From: Gonapodya sp. JEL0774
Taxonomy: Eukaryota
DNA: 42,882 nt
Direction: 5' to 3'
Assembly (NCBI GenBank): GCA_027604505.1
Contig: JADIIX010000163.1
Span: forward strand, 1-42,882
The first letter of the stretch is position 1. Each line of letters opens with the position of its first letter. The position numbers and the translations under genes were made by a program. The notes below the pieces were generated by a model, which was not told the DNA's origin, ran no database searches, and saw nothing but the letters and a program-made list of their open reading frames with translations. Positions 11,572 to 22,316 of the stretch are shown here, one piece after another.

Positions 11572-12908
11572 TTAGCCTGATGTAATCGACGCCACGTTTT
11601 CTACCGCGGTTTTAACAATATGGAATACTCTATGCAAATCGTGCTCATATTGAGCGTAGAGAACAAGTTCGTGTGCACCACCTGGGCTCACTGGTGTGTG
11701 CTCCACGACGTAAATTCGATAATTTGGTGGGTCGTTATACGCCATAGTCGTGGAACTCTGGACACGACTCTATTGCGGTGAACCTCGTCGCACGGTGTAC
11801 CGACAGCACTCACCGTCATCTCACTCACCTGCTCGCCGACCCCCACCCCCACGTGCGGAGATCGGCAAAGGTCAGCTTCTGCGAGAGCAGCTTGGATTAA
11901 GGCGGACAGGTCCGGCTGAAAGAGGAACGACTGTGTTGGGTTCGGAGAAAGTGCCAACTTGGTCCGATGTCGATAGGCCCAATCTGGCAGAGACACGGGT
12001 TTTCCTTTAAAAAAAAGAGTCCACCCCTTCACTCTCTTTCGGTGCCCCCCGCCGCTCCGTTCCTTCGCAACCTACCCGGAACCTGTCTGGCCGCGACTTT
12101 GCCCACGCGGACCGGGACTGTTCTCCAAAACGACCAGCGCGGTCCCGCCCCGGCCCCCGTCCCCGCCCCCGCCGCTTCCCCATCCCCATTCCCATCCCCA
12201 TCCTCCACCACCGTCCACCTCACCAGCACGTCCACCGTATCCCCCCACCACTGTGCAGGCACGGTGACTACCCCGCCCACCGTGGCCACCTCGCGCGGGG
12301 GCACGTCCGACCCGGACCCCCTCCACCTGCGCACCTCGCAGCCCCGGGGTTCCCTCACGGACCACGAGAGGTCCCGCACCGGCCGGTGGGGATCCCCGTT
12401 GTTGTAGAATTGCAAAAGGAGCAGCAAGTCCCCCGGTACGGCCTGCACGGGGCGCATCGAGACCGCGCGGAGCTCCAACGAGTCGTCGTCGCGGTAGGAC
12501 CCGGTCTTGAGACTCGCCGTGGCGGGCTTGGAGCCCCACAGCGGCGTGACGGGGAGGCCGCGCCCCAGGTTTGAAAAGGGGGGGGGTTGGTGGTGGTGGT
12601 GGTGGTCGCCGACCCCCACGCGCGTCCACGGAGGCCCGACCGAGATTTCCAGCGAGAGTTGCTCCAGGTTGTCCTTGAGAGCGCGCAAAATGCGGATTTT
12701 GGAGCGGACGTTGTCGTGGGCGGCGCGGCCCGCGGCAACTTGGGCCGCGATGGCTCGGTGGAGGGCAGAGAGTGCGGGATGGTCTGGCGGTTGTGGTGAT
12801 TTCGGGGGAGGAGAAAGGCAGGCGGTTGGTTTGCCAAGAGGTAGAAATAAGAAACCGATCGGATTTTCGTAGAGCTTTACCTTGATCGGATGGGTCGTTC
12901 GTTTGCAT
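11572..12908 (-). CDS. Uncharacterised protein (coiled coil, beta-rich region, alpha/beta tail); weak resemblance to the C-terminal half of FANCB
   Basis: Spliced model MQTNDPSDQ|DHPALSALHRAIAAQVAAG...RSKIRILRALKDNLEQL...VTPLWG...LLLLLQFYNNG...VRDLSWSV...|GKPVSLPDW...|...ELVLYAQYEHDLHRVFHIVKTAVENV...*. Three GT-AG introns join in frame. Start codon uncertain. Confidence 0.6.
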
Positions 12909-13349
12909 TCTTTGTTGGATAGAGGGGTGGAGAATCTCCCACAGCCAACAGCCGATCCAAACCCAACTCCACCCCAAACGCACAAATTTATGTGGATTTA
13001 TGTTCACCCCACGCACTTTCTCCATTCATGATATCCGGCCAGATTCTGCTTACGTGTATTTTTTCACTTGGATGCGTACATGCTACTACGACTCATTATT
13101 CCTCCTCCATTACCCCATATGTTCCGAACCCAAACGAATCCCAAAACAAAAAAGAAGAAAAAAATCGGACATGCACATGCAAAGCTTCAGGTCTCTTGCA
13201 AATGTACAAAGCTGCCGCTGCGATGAATGAAAAGGGTGGTGCTATGCTACTGTACAGCGAGTGTCGGACAGGACAGGACAGGACAGGGTGCCCAAAAGCG
13301 CAAACTCGTTCATGTGTGTATACGGACTTTTTCGGCCCTGAACCCCCGA

Positions 13350-14704
13350 CTATTGGGGTGTCGACAAGGCGAGCTGTACCAGAGCGGATGAAAGAGGAAC
13401 CGTGGTTGGTTCCAGGGTGGTGAGGGTGCGGAGTCGTTCACCAAGCTACGTGAGGGGACAATTGGTCATGTCAGCGTTCTGTGCGTTGGGGTGATTCGGA
13501 TGGATACAACACGCGCACGCACACAAAGCGTGCCCGCCTCTACTCACGTTGGCACCAGGGTCTCCATGAGCCATGAGGAGTGACTCGGACGCGAGCAATG
13601 CGGCGCAGGCGAGTGCGAGCGGGTGTGTGGAGGAGAAGGACGAGTGGAGGAGCGACGCGCCGGCGAGTCGTCGGGCAAGGTCGACAATCTCGTGTCGGAC
13701 GCTAGACGTGAGGAAGGTGCAGGCGTCGACGGAAAGATCAGAGGGTTTGAGCGGGGGGGCGACGGAGGTCGTGGCGGAGGGGGGTTCGGAAGAGTGCTGG
13801 TCGGCGACGTCGACTCCGCTGTCTCGTCGGAAGAGTTTCACTCGAAGTGGGTCCGAAGCGTGCGCCGCGGCGCCTTCGTACTCTTCGTCGAACAAGTCCA
13901 AGAAGGCGTTGCAACCGCGGAATCCGAGGTCGAAGTTGAGCACGCTGAGGAGGCGCTTCTCCATTTCGTACACGGCTGCGGGCGTGTAGTATCCTGCGCA
14001 GAGAGTGACGACGTGGGATACGGTGAAGGCGGAGACGGGGAGTTCTTCGTATTTGGAGGCGACGAAGAGGGAGACGCAGCCGAGGAGTTGTCTGGAAGGA
14101 GGGAGACAAGGTCAACACGAGAGAGGAGAGTCCAAGAGAGAGTGAACTCATGAAGGTATATAATAGTATGCATCAGCCATGGTACTCACAAATCGGTCTT
14201 CGGAATTCTCCTAGAGGAAAGGTATCGGTCGATGCAGTTGACAGCCAAGGTCAAGGTTTTCGGTTCCAAGCGGGAGGCGAGAGTGACTTCGGTCAGCCAT
14301 TCGACCAATGTTGCCCTCACTGAGAAAAAGAGTGGGGGAGGAGAGGAATGAGAACGGAACACGGGTTTGGGAACCCTGAGATGAGGAGGAAGCGGCGGAT
14401 GCAACACCGACACGGCGGGCGGCGCAACACTCACTCTGCTCGTTTATCTCGGTTTGGTAGCGCATGAAATTGGGTATTGGGATGCGAGATTCCTGGTAAA
14501 ACGGACAGAGGTGTGGGAGAAGTGATGGGAATGGTGGGGGTGTTACTAGATAATAGTCACCTCCGCTTGGATGAAGTGAGCCAAGAAATGCTGGGAGTAT
14601 TCAGAGAAGCCATCCGAGAATGAAGGAAGATGGGAATAGGAAAGAGGGGAAGTGGTGGAGGAGAGAGCGGGAGCGGGAGAGAGGAGTTGAGGGGAGGAGA
14701 GCAT
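13350..14704 (-). CDS. A/B-type cyclin (cyclin box); multi-exon
   Basis: FMRYQTEINEQ|MRATLVEWLTEV...TLTLAVNCIDRYLS...|QLLGCVSLFVASKYEE...YEMEKRLLSVLNFDL. The last exon ends LALSTPQ* (TAG 13350-13352). Confidence 0.9.
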
Positions 14705-14987
14705 TGGTGGTGTTGAATACGGGGTGGTGGGGTGGGGTTGGTGGGGGTGACAGAAAGGAACAGAAGGGAATAGAAAGAAAGGGAGGCAGAGCAGAGAGGC
14801 AAAAGGGGGAGAACGAGAGCGTGAGAGTGTGGGGTGTTGATGTTGACAGGTCTGCAGCACTCGAGATATAAAAAGCCTCCGTCATGGAACCTGGAACAAT
14901 GAATCTCCCAAGATCCCTCCGCCCACAGGCCCAGACCCAGGACCACCCCAGGACCCGCCAAGGCCCTGTCATCCATCCCTCAGGTCT

Positions 14988-14995
14988 TATTTATA
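14988..14995 (-). promoter_or_regulatory. Candidate TATA box of the cyclin gene
   Basis: TATAAATA on the minus strand about 290 bp upstream of the cyclin ATG, directly after a long purine tract. Confidence 0.3.
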
Positions 14996-15014
14996 CTATG
15001 ATAATGATGGAGCC

Positions 15015-15235
15015 CTCTTCCTTCCTTTTTCCTCCCCTTCTATTCCTATTTCTCTCTCTTATTTCTTATTCTTTCTTTCTCTTAATAATATTCTTTCTCT
15101 CCATACTCTCTCTGCTCCTCTTCTTTCTTATCCTGCTTCCGCCACCCCTATTCATTCTCCTATCTCCGAGTCCCGCACTCTCTACTTTTATTCCGCTTCC
15201 TCTCTCAATATCCTCTTGCTTTCTTTTTATTCATT
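15015..15235. repeat. Low-complexity polypyrimidine/polypurine tract
   Basis: About 220 bp made almost entirely of C and T on the plus strand, intergenic between the HD gene and the cyclin gene. Confidence 0.75.
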
Positions 15236-15808
15236 CGTAAAGAGCTCTTGCTTTGTAAAGGAGAATCCAACCGTGCTGTAATAGTTTTGGGACGCCGGTC
15301 CCTGTCTACATATTTGTTCCGCCCTTTGCTTGATCCACCCGGGAACACCACATGCTCAAACTTGTATCCCCACCCCACTCTCGGCTTGTGTAATTCATTC
15401 TTCTCTCAGCTGTTTACATCCACCCGTAATGTGTGTCGTGCGAACTTGAAGAGCGGCCTGGTCACTTTCTCCGACTCTTCAACACCGTACCTATTGGAAA
15501 CACAACGTGGGTGCGGTGCCGTGCGTCATCCCAGCAAAACATGTCAGGTTCACGGGTCACACAACACCCGCTCTATGGAAGGGCAGGGTCAAAGAACCGA
15601 TTGTTCCCCCGCCACCCGCCATCCGCCCGAAATTTTGAAATGTTCCATCGCCCTTCTCTTTTTTTGTTGTGTGTGTGCGTGTTTTGAAACTTTAGTCATG
15701 TATTCATCACATCCACTTCCAAAAGCAAAAGACAAGTTAGTTGTAAAACAAGCCTCATTCTCAATTTCCCAATATCCCACCCCCTCCCGTGCCCGTGCCC
15801 GTGCACGC

Positions 15809-17344
15809 TCAAAGCCGCCCCTCCACCGCCGGCGCCGCTTCCTCCCTCTTGTAAATACTCCTCTTTGGATGCGCAAACACACGCTGAACCATCGGAACGA
15901 AAAACTCAAGGGGCTGAAATGGGGATTCAAAGCATGTGATGTTGAGATACTGAGATACTACGGTTGGAAAGAGACGGGTGCTCCGGTGCTCCGGTGCCCC
16001 CTTCCCACCATACCAAACTGTGACTCAATTCCATCCTTTTTTTTTTTTTTTCCTTGCTTCCGCACACATACGAGCGTACCACCCGTCACTCCACGACACG
16101 TTGGGGCAAACACAAAATACGAAAAAAAAATAAGAAGAAGAAGAAGAGTCCAAACTCACCTCGCTCTTGTACTCTGGATCAAACGCCGGACAATCGTACT
16201 TGTTGACAAACTCCCAGCACTCCTTGTACCTTGATCGCGGGACCAGTCCCACACAGCAGATAAATGAAAGGGAAGTCGTACGGCAGGTTACCACATCAAA
16301 ATTTGCGACACAGTAATAAAATATCCCAACCGTCCGCTCGGCAAAACAAAAGAAAGGCTTCCCAGTTCCACAGTCCGTCTTGCCCATCTTCTTCTTTCCC
16401 CTCCCATCTCAATTCTCACCAGGGATGGTCACGGTACTTTTCGTGCATGTTCTTGTCCAGTCCAATGTACTCGAAGAAGTACCGGCCTTGGAACTCAGCG
16501 TGGTGTTCGATGATCTGTTCACCCCAACGTAAACGTGTCGAGCGGATCGGTATTCCAAGTGACAAAAGATACCGTTAGAAAATACGGTAAATCAAAAATT
16601 AAATAATATTAGCCCCTGCCATCCTCCCCCCCCCCCCCGGCGGGCGNNNNNNNNNNGTTTCAACCCACCCAATGCAACTTCTCGCTCACAAACGGCTTCA
16701 AAATCGACGCCGCCACGTCCGCGTGGTTGCTGGACCCCAAAGTATCCCCGATATCGTGCAGGAGCGCCGCCACCACGTACTCCTCGTCTTTGCCGTCGCG
16801 GTACGCGCGGGAGGCGGTTTGGACGCAGCTGGGGAGGGAGGGGGAGGGGGAAGGGGACGCATAGAAATAAATAAAATGAAGATACAAAGCGCCCCGGGGA
16901 AACCCCGAGGGGCTTGCAAAGGGGTACCCAGGTGCCGTAGAGGTCGCGCGGGCGGTACCACACACTGGTATGAAACGTACTGGGTCAATCGATCGACCGG
17001 GAAGCCTCCAAAGTCTCCGTCGAGCAACTTCAGATCTGGGGAAACGGATCGAGGGAGGGGGGTGGGTCGGGTCGGTTGGTTCAGGGCCTCAGTGTTGGTG
17101 TACGTGGTTTGCCCCCCCCCCTGCCTTACGCACGTTTGACCACCCGATCGGAAAGTTTGCGGCCAAACTCCATGGCCTGGGGCATGATCTTGTTCCACTA
17201 CACAGAGCGACGGTGGGTGGGATGGAGACGACTAAACACCGGCAAACCCCCAACGCGCAGCAGAGAACTTACGTCCTCCTGCGTGCTCCTGTCCATCGAC
17301 GTGAAGGTCGCACGCGGGGCGTCTCCGCGGCCGTGGGATTCCAT
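15809..17344 (-). CDS. Bacterial-type HD-domain metalloprotein (predicted HD phosphohydrolase / PhnZ-TmpB-like diiron family); 7 exons
   Basis: Spliced: MESHGRGDAPRATFTSMDRSTQED|WNKIMPQAMEFGRKLSDRVVK|HLKLLDGDFGGFPVDRLT|HCVQTASRAYRDGKDEEYVVAALLHDIGDTLGSSNHADVAASILKPFVSEKLHW|IIEHHAEFQGRYFFEYIGLDKNMHEKYRDHP|WYKECWEFVNKYDCPAFDPEYKSE|PLEFFVPMVQRVFAHPKRSIYKREEAAPAVEGRL*. Confidence 0.9.
16647..16656. other. Assembly gap (10 N) inside an intron of the HD gene
   Basis: Run of N next to a poly-C tract. Confidence 0.99.
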
Positions 17345-17824
17345 AGTTTGAGATGTGAAGGGTTGTTGGAAAGGAGCTGGAAGAGTTTTGGGGGGAGAGG
17401 GGAGATGTGGGTTGGGTTGTCGGGTCGGAAAGCATGAGAGGGGGTTTCGGGACCAGAAACTCCGACTCAGGATCGGCATCGCATCGCGCGCCCCACGGCA
17501 AAACCGTCACGTACGTTTTTTGTTATATGCGAGATGGATCCTCCCTGGCGACGTTCAAACTCTTGGAACTTTATGAGTTGGGTCAATGCAGTCGAGTGGC
17601 CGGGGTTGCACCGACGGCTTCACCGAGCCCATCTCGTCCACCTCGTCCACCGCGCATTTGCACCCATCACGCATCTCACACTCGTCTCCACATATTCCTA
17701 ATTTGCACTTATATATTCGTAGTATGTAAAGTCAGTCAGCAAACATGTGCATGTGTGGCGTGGGGGCGCCCGCCGTCTAATCAATTTCTAATGCATACAT
17801 TGTCTGTTCACAGTAATGAGCACA

Positions 17825-20800
17825 TCACTTTTTCAACTTCATCCCCTCTTCCTTCTCCACGACAACCTCCCTACCGTCCTGCTCGGGCAACCTCACCTGA
17901 ATACCGTCGTACTTCACCTCGTACTCCTTCTTCACCACCACCACCCCGACAAACACCTTGTCCGCACCGTCCTCCACCCTCAGTTGGATATTGATCTCCG
18001 TCACGGGCGCACCCTCGGTCTCTCCATCGTCCTCAATCAACGTGAACTCCCACGACCCCGCGGCTGAACCCTTGGGAGGCGGGAAGACCCGCACGAACCT
18101 CTCACGGTCGTCGCCGTCACCGACCCACCGGCCAACCTTGGACGTCGAGGGCACGATACCGCCCTCGCGCACGAACACCGCACCGTGGCGCTCCAGGGGT
18201 ACGTCTGCCACGACTTCTTTGCCGCCTTCGAGCCACTCGCCCGTCCAAAAGTTGCACCACTTTGTCGCCGAGGGTCCAGATGGGTCGGTCGGGAGGTAGA
18301 CTGTGCGGGACTTGGCGCCTTCCTCCACCACGCCGGCGACGAGGATAGACGGGCCAACAACGAATTGGGTATCTGCGGCAGGCCCGTATGCGAGCGGGTC
18401 ACGGCCAAAGTCCCAGAAGAGGGGTCGGGTGATGGGGGCGCCGGTGCGGTGAGTGAGGTGGAGAAGTGTGTAAAAGTAAGGGAGAAGTGTGTATCGCATG
18501 TGGATGGCATCTCGAATAATGGGCAGCATCTGTTTTTCAATATAAAAAAATCGATTATAATGACATGGGAATCCGTGTGCGGTGTGGGTCACCGTTGAAC
18601 CTCACCTCAGGGTACATTCCGACCTCTGTGACGCCTTCTTCCTTCCAGCTATGCACGCAGAATCGAGCAAGCCACACGCCCATCTGAATCCATCGCACAA
18701 GAAGCTCGGGCGTCGGCTGTGGGCCCGCAAAACCGCCGATATCGTGCCCTGTCACCGATTCGAACAGGTGAGTCGAAACTGTATACTGTGCAAACAGTTA
18801 CAAAACCCTCCTTCTGACGCCAACTCACCATAGTTCCCCATAAGTCCCATCCCTGCATTCACTCCCATGGACACGTTCCCCCGAAGTGTCTTCCAGCTCG
18901 TCCGGTTGTCTCCGCTCCAGCTGTGAGCAGAGTACCTCCAAATCCCTTGCGTCCCCGCCCTCGTGATCAAAAACGGGCGCTTGGGCCGTCCACCCTTGGA
19001 CAATGCTTGTGCTGCGTGGTATTCCCGGGTGGCTTCGAGACTGCACGTGGCCATGAGGAGAGTTTGCAGAGAGCGGCCGGCCAGGCCGGCAGGTTGGGAA
19101 GGCAGAGGTGTGGTGGTTGAAGCAGTGAAAGAGTAGAGGTGGGTATCGTCGTGGATTGTGTACTCGTTGCTGACGACGAAAACAAGCGGACATGTGAAGA
19201 CTTGATCACTACAATGCCACACGTCGATCCAAATAACCTAAACCACTCACTTGTCGTTCCACATTCCCTCCGCACCGACCTCCAACAAGCTCTTGACACC
19301 CTTCTTCCAAAACTCCCGCGCAGCATCACTGGTGAAGTCAAAGTACGAGCCGCTCGCCGAGGTACCCGCGCCGGCGGACCAGAGGCGGGTGGAAGACGGA
19401 CCGTCGGTCTAAACGAGGAGTTGTGGGAAAGCACATTTGACCCGTCAACGGTGCGCAAAGGTGTGTCAGCGTTTGATCTTTCAATCCACTGGCGGAGGTG
19501 CCGGATGACCGTTTGCATCACTCTGCTCACCTCAGGATCCCATACAAACCCTCGTTGAGCCTTGACAGTCTCGTAGCTCGGGTGTCCGGCCAGCAACCAT
19601 GGCTTGATGTTTGGGAACACGCGGACGCCGTTCTCGTTCAGTTTGGAGAAGAGACCCTTGGGGTCTGGGAATCGCTGCAGGTTCCAGGTGAACACGTTGC
19701 GGGCACCAGTCACGGGGTCGACTTTCAAAGTTTGGTGTGGAGGTCGGTGTTGGTGTTGGTGATGCCCACGCACATCTTCAGGTGTCTCACCCCCACACAA
19801 TAACGTACCAGTGTACCCCGAGCTCAGGTGCATCCCGTCACACGGCACACCCCACTCCCGCATCTTGTCGGGAAACTCCCAGAGCAACTTGTGCGCATCC
19901 TCGTGCTCTGCGTAGCCCATGGCGGACGCGAGGTAGCCGAGAGAGAATTTGGGGGGGAGGATGGGCGCGCCGAGGAGGTGCGAGAGTTTGGAGACGAGGG
20001 AGGGGAGGGTGGGGCCGTCTGGTGGGCGGGGGGGTGAGGGGGTGCGTAGGAAATGAGGAGAGTTCGGTCAAGTCAGGAATGTTCGTTTGTCCTTTTATGG
20101 TCCTGTTAGTGCGGAAGCAGACTCTCTGACACAGGTTGTCGGCAGAAAAACTCCGAGGTGGAGACTTCGCGACAAAAAATGACCGGACGTCTATCCATTC
20201 AACGACAACGTCAACTCCAGGAGGCTCTGTGACAATTCAATCGACTCAATCCCCCACCACCACGTCCCCGATAAAGTCAATCGAGTTCCACCAAAACCCC
20301 AAACAAGAACCACCAGCGAACCGCACAAGAAAAAAAGTAGCAAGCTGCGCCTCTCCTTGGGCGTCCCCACCCATACTCACACACGACGTAATAGTCTAGC
20401 ACTCCGTGCTCCGCCTCGTACTTTGTAAAGTCGCCCCAGAACGCGTCCAGTTCGCATCCAAAATCTATACTGCCCCGAGAAAACGAGTCGTAAAAGATGG
20501 CGTGGGATTCGCCCGTGGTCTTGTCGATGGCGAGGTAGAAGGGAGTGTACTGGGGTGTGGATGACGGGGTTGTGAAGGTGAAGACGTGTGCAGAAGGTGG
20601 ATTTGAAATGAGAACAAAGACGAACGAAGGGAGGAAAACAATCATAAAAAAAGAAGCTGCAAGTACCTTGTAGAGCGGATCTGTCCTGTCCACATCGTAC
20701 CCCATCGAGTCGAGAGCGTCCAGTCTGAACCGCCGAGCGGCAAGGTCGAGCGGTGCCCCTCGCTCCCCACCGTAATACCCCACGTTCTGCTTCTTCTTAA

Positions 20801-21308
20801 CATAATGCGCCACGCCACCGTTCTTATCGTATTGGTAGGCCCGTAGGGGCAAGTCCTCGGCGAAGGGTTTGGCAGGGGTGGCCCGGTCAGCGAAGGAGAT
20901 GGCCAGCAGGCCGTCCGAGGCGATGGCGACCTTGGCGGTGACGGCGGGTGTGGAGAGGGAGTAGGATCGGGCTGCCTTGTCGTTTGGGTCGGTATCGAGC
21001 CTGAAAACGGTGTCTGGTGTGTCGAAGGAGGCCTTGACGTCCGCGCGAGCTCTGCCGGCGACCGAGTGAACGTCCGCCGCGCCGGCCGCACCATCCCGGC
21101 CCACGATGGAGTGGGTGCGAGAGAGAATGGAGTTTGGGTCTGATTGTGCCACTGCCAGCCCGGGTGGAGCGAACGTGACGCGGAAAATGTGCGAGTCGAG
21201 CGGTGCCAGCGTCAGGCGGGATCCCTCCGAGGATTCAAAAAGGAGCGAGGAAAGCGACGCGGTTTTGGGCGGCACATGGGCGAATCCGTGCGGGATGACT
21301 TGGCGCAT
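17825..21308 (-). CDS. Glycoside hydrolase family 31 (alpha-glucosidase-like, WNDNNE subtype); multi-exon
   Basis: YYGGERGAPLD..., DSMGYD...DPLYK, GYLASAMGY, PCDGMHLSSGY, VFTWN..RFPDP, NIKPWLL, GMWND|NNEY (nucleophile), WSGDN (acid/base), GHDIGGFAG, RFCVHS, RYTLLPYFYTL, PITRPLF. ATG at 21308. Confidence 0.93.
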
Positions 21309-22316
21309 GGTGTTGTTGGGCGTGTGTGGGTGGAATGGGGATTTCGGGGTTTCCGCGGCGCTTTCGGCGGTGATGACAAAAGGAGCGAGCGAACCCTCAA
21401 AACACATCGATTTCGGGGAATTAGAAACCGGGCATTTATTGCCAGCTTTCGCTTTCCGTTGCGAAAAGACATACAACCTGGTCTAGTTTGTTATACGGGA
21501 TGAAAAGTAGGGGTGAGTGGGTAGTGGACCTGTACCTCGGACAAATTTGCATGCAGATTGAGATGACGCATGATAGCGGTCCCCATGTCTAAACAGAGAT
21601 ACCAGCTTATGCTTTGTGGGGTGTGACAGTCACATCGATCGGTAGTGAAGCCGACGTACAGATCGCTGTATTGAGTGCTTGACGAGGAGGAAGGACAGAA
21701 CCAACCCGAGCAGTCTCGATTTCGGCTTGACGCAAGGTAGTAAATCGATTCTAAGTGAAGCTGGATTCTCAGTGAGGAAATTTTTGGATTGTAACGAAGA
21801 GCGCTGGTGAAAAGTGCGGGGTCCAATGATTCATAACTTCCCCTTGCCTGCCTTGACAGGTAAACAAGGAGGGTACTCAATGCGGATAAGCTGAGGATGA
21901 CCTCGAGAAGGGCATAGGTGGGAGTTGAGGGTTGGGAGATAATAGATCCGTGTTGTTAACGTGTGAGAAGTAGGAGTTCGGGGAAATATTGCCACATTGG
22001 ATTTTGTGAAGATGCACAAATCAGAACATCACAAAGTATTTGGGAGCTGTGGCGTATTTGGGTGTGTGTAATATGTATTGATACGTGAGTACAGCGAGTC
22101 GGAATCAATTGTGGAGTTTGGACAAGGGAGAAAACTGAAACATGGGGTAGCCGTGCTGTGGTCCGATCGGAAGTCGGCGGGTGGGGTTTAGCCGCGTGCT
22201 CCCCCCTCCCCCCTTCACCCCGCACTCCCCAACACCAAGACAGACACGTCAGCGCAGACAGACCCCGGGCAACCTGCAGCGAGCGCAGACATCGTGACGT
22301 CATAGCAATCGCCAGA

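Noticed and set aside
12072..13025. Second long minus-strand ORF (317 aa) and other overlapping Arg/Pro/Gly-rich ORFs across the GC-rich centre
   Set aside because: Shadow frames of GC-rich coding DNA, where stop codons are rare.
14884..15240. 118-aa hydrophobic ORF suggesting a membrane protein
   Set aside because: It is simply the translation of the C/T tract (F/L/S/P codons).
15248..16234. 328-aa plus-strand ORF
   Set aside because: Antisense to the last HD exons and 3' region, crosses poly-T and simple repeats, starts at TTG and has no motif.
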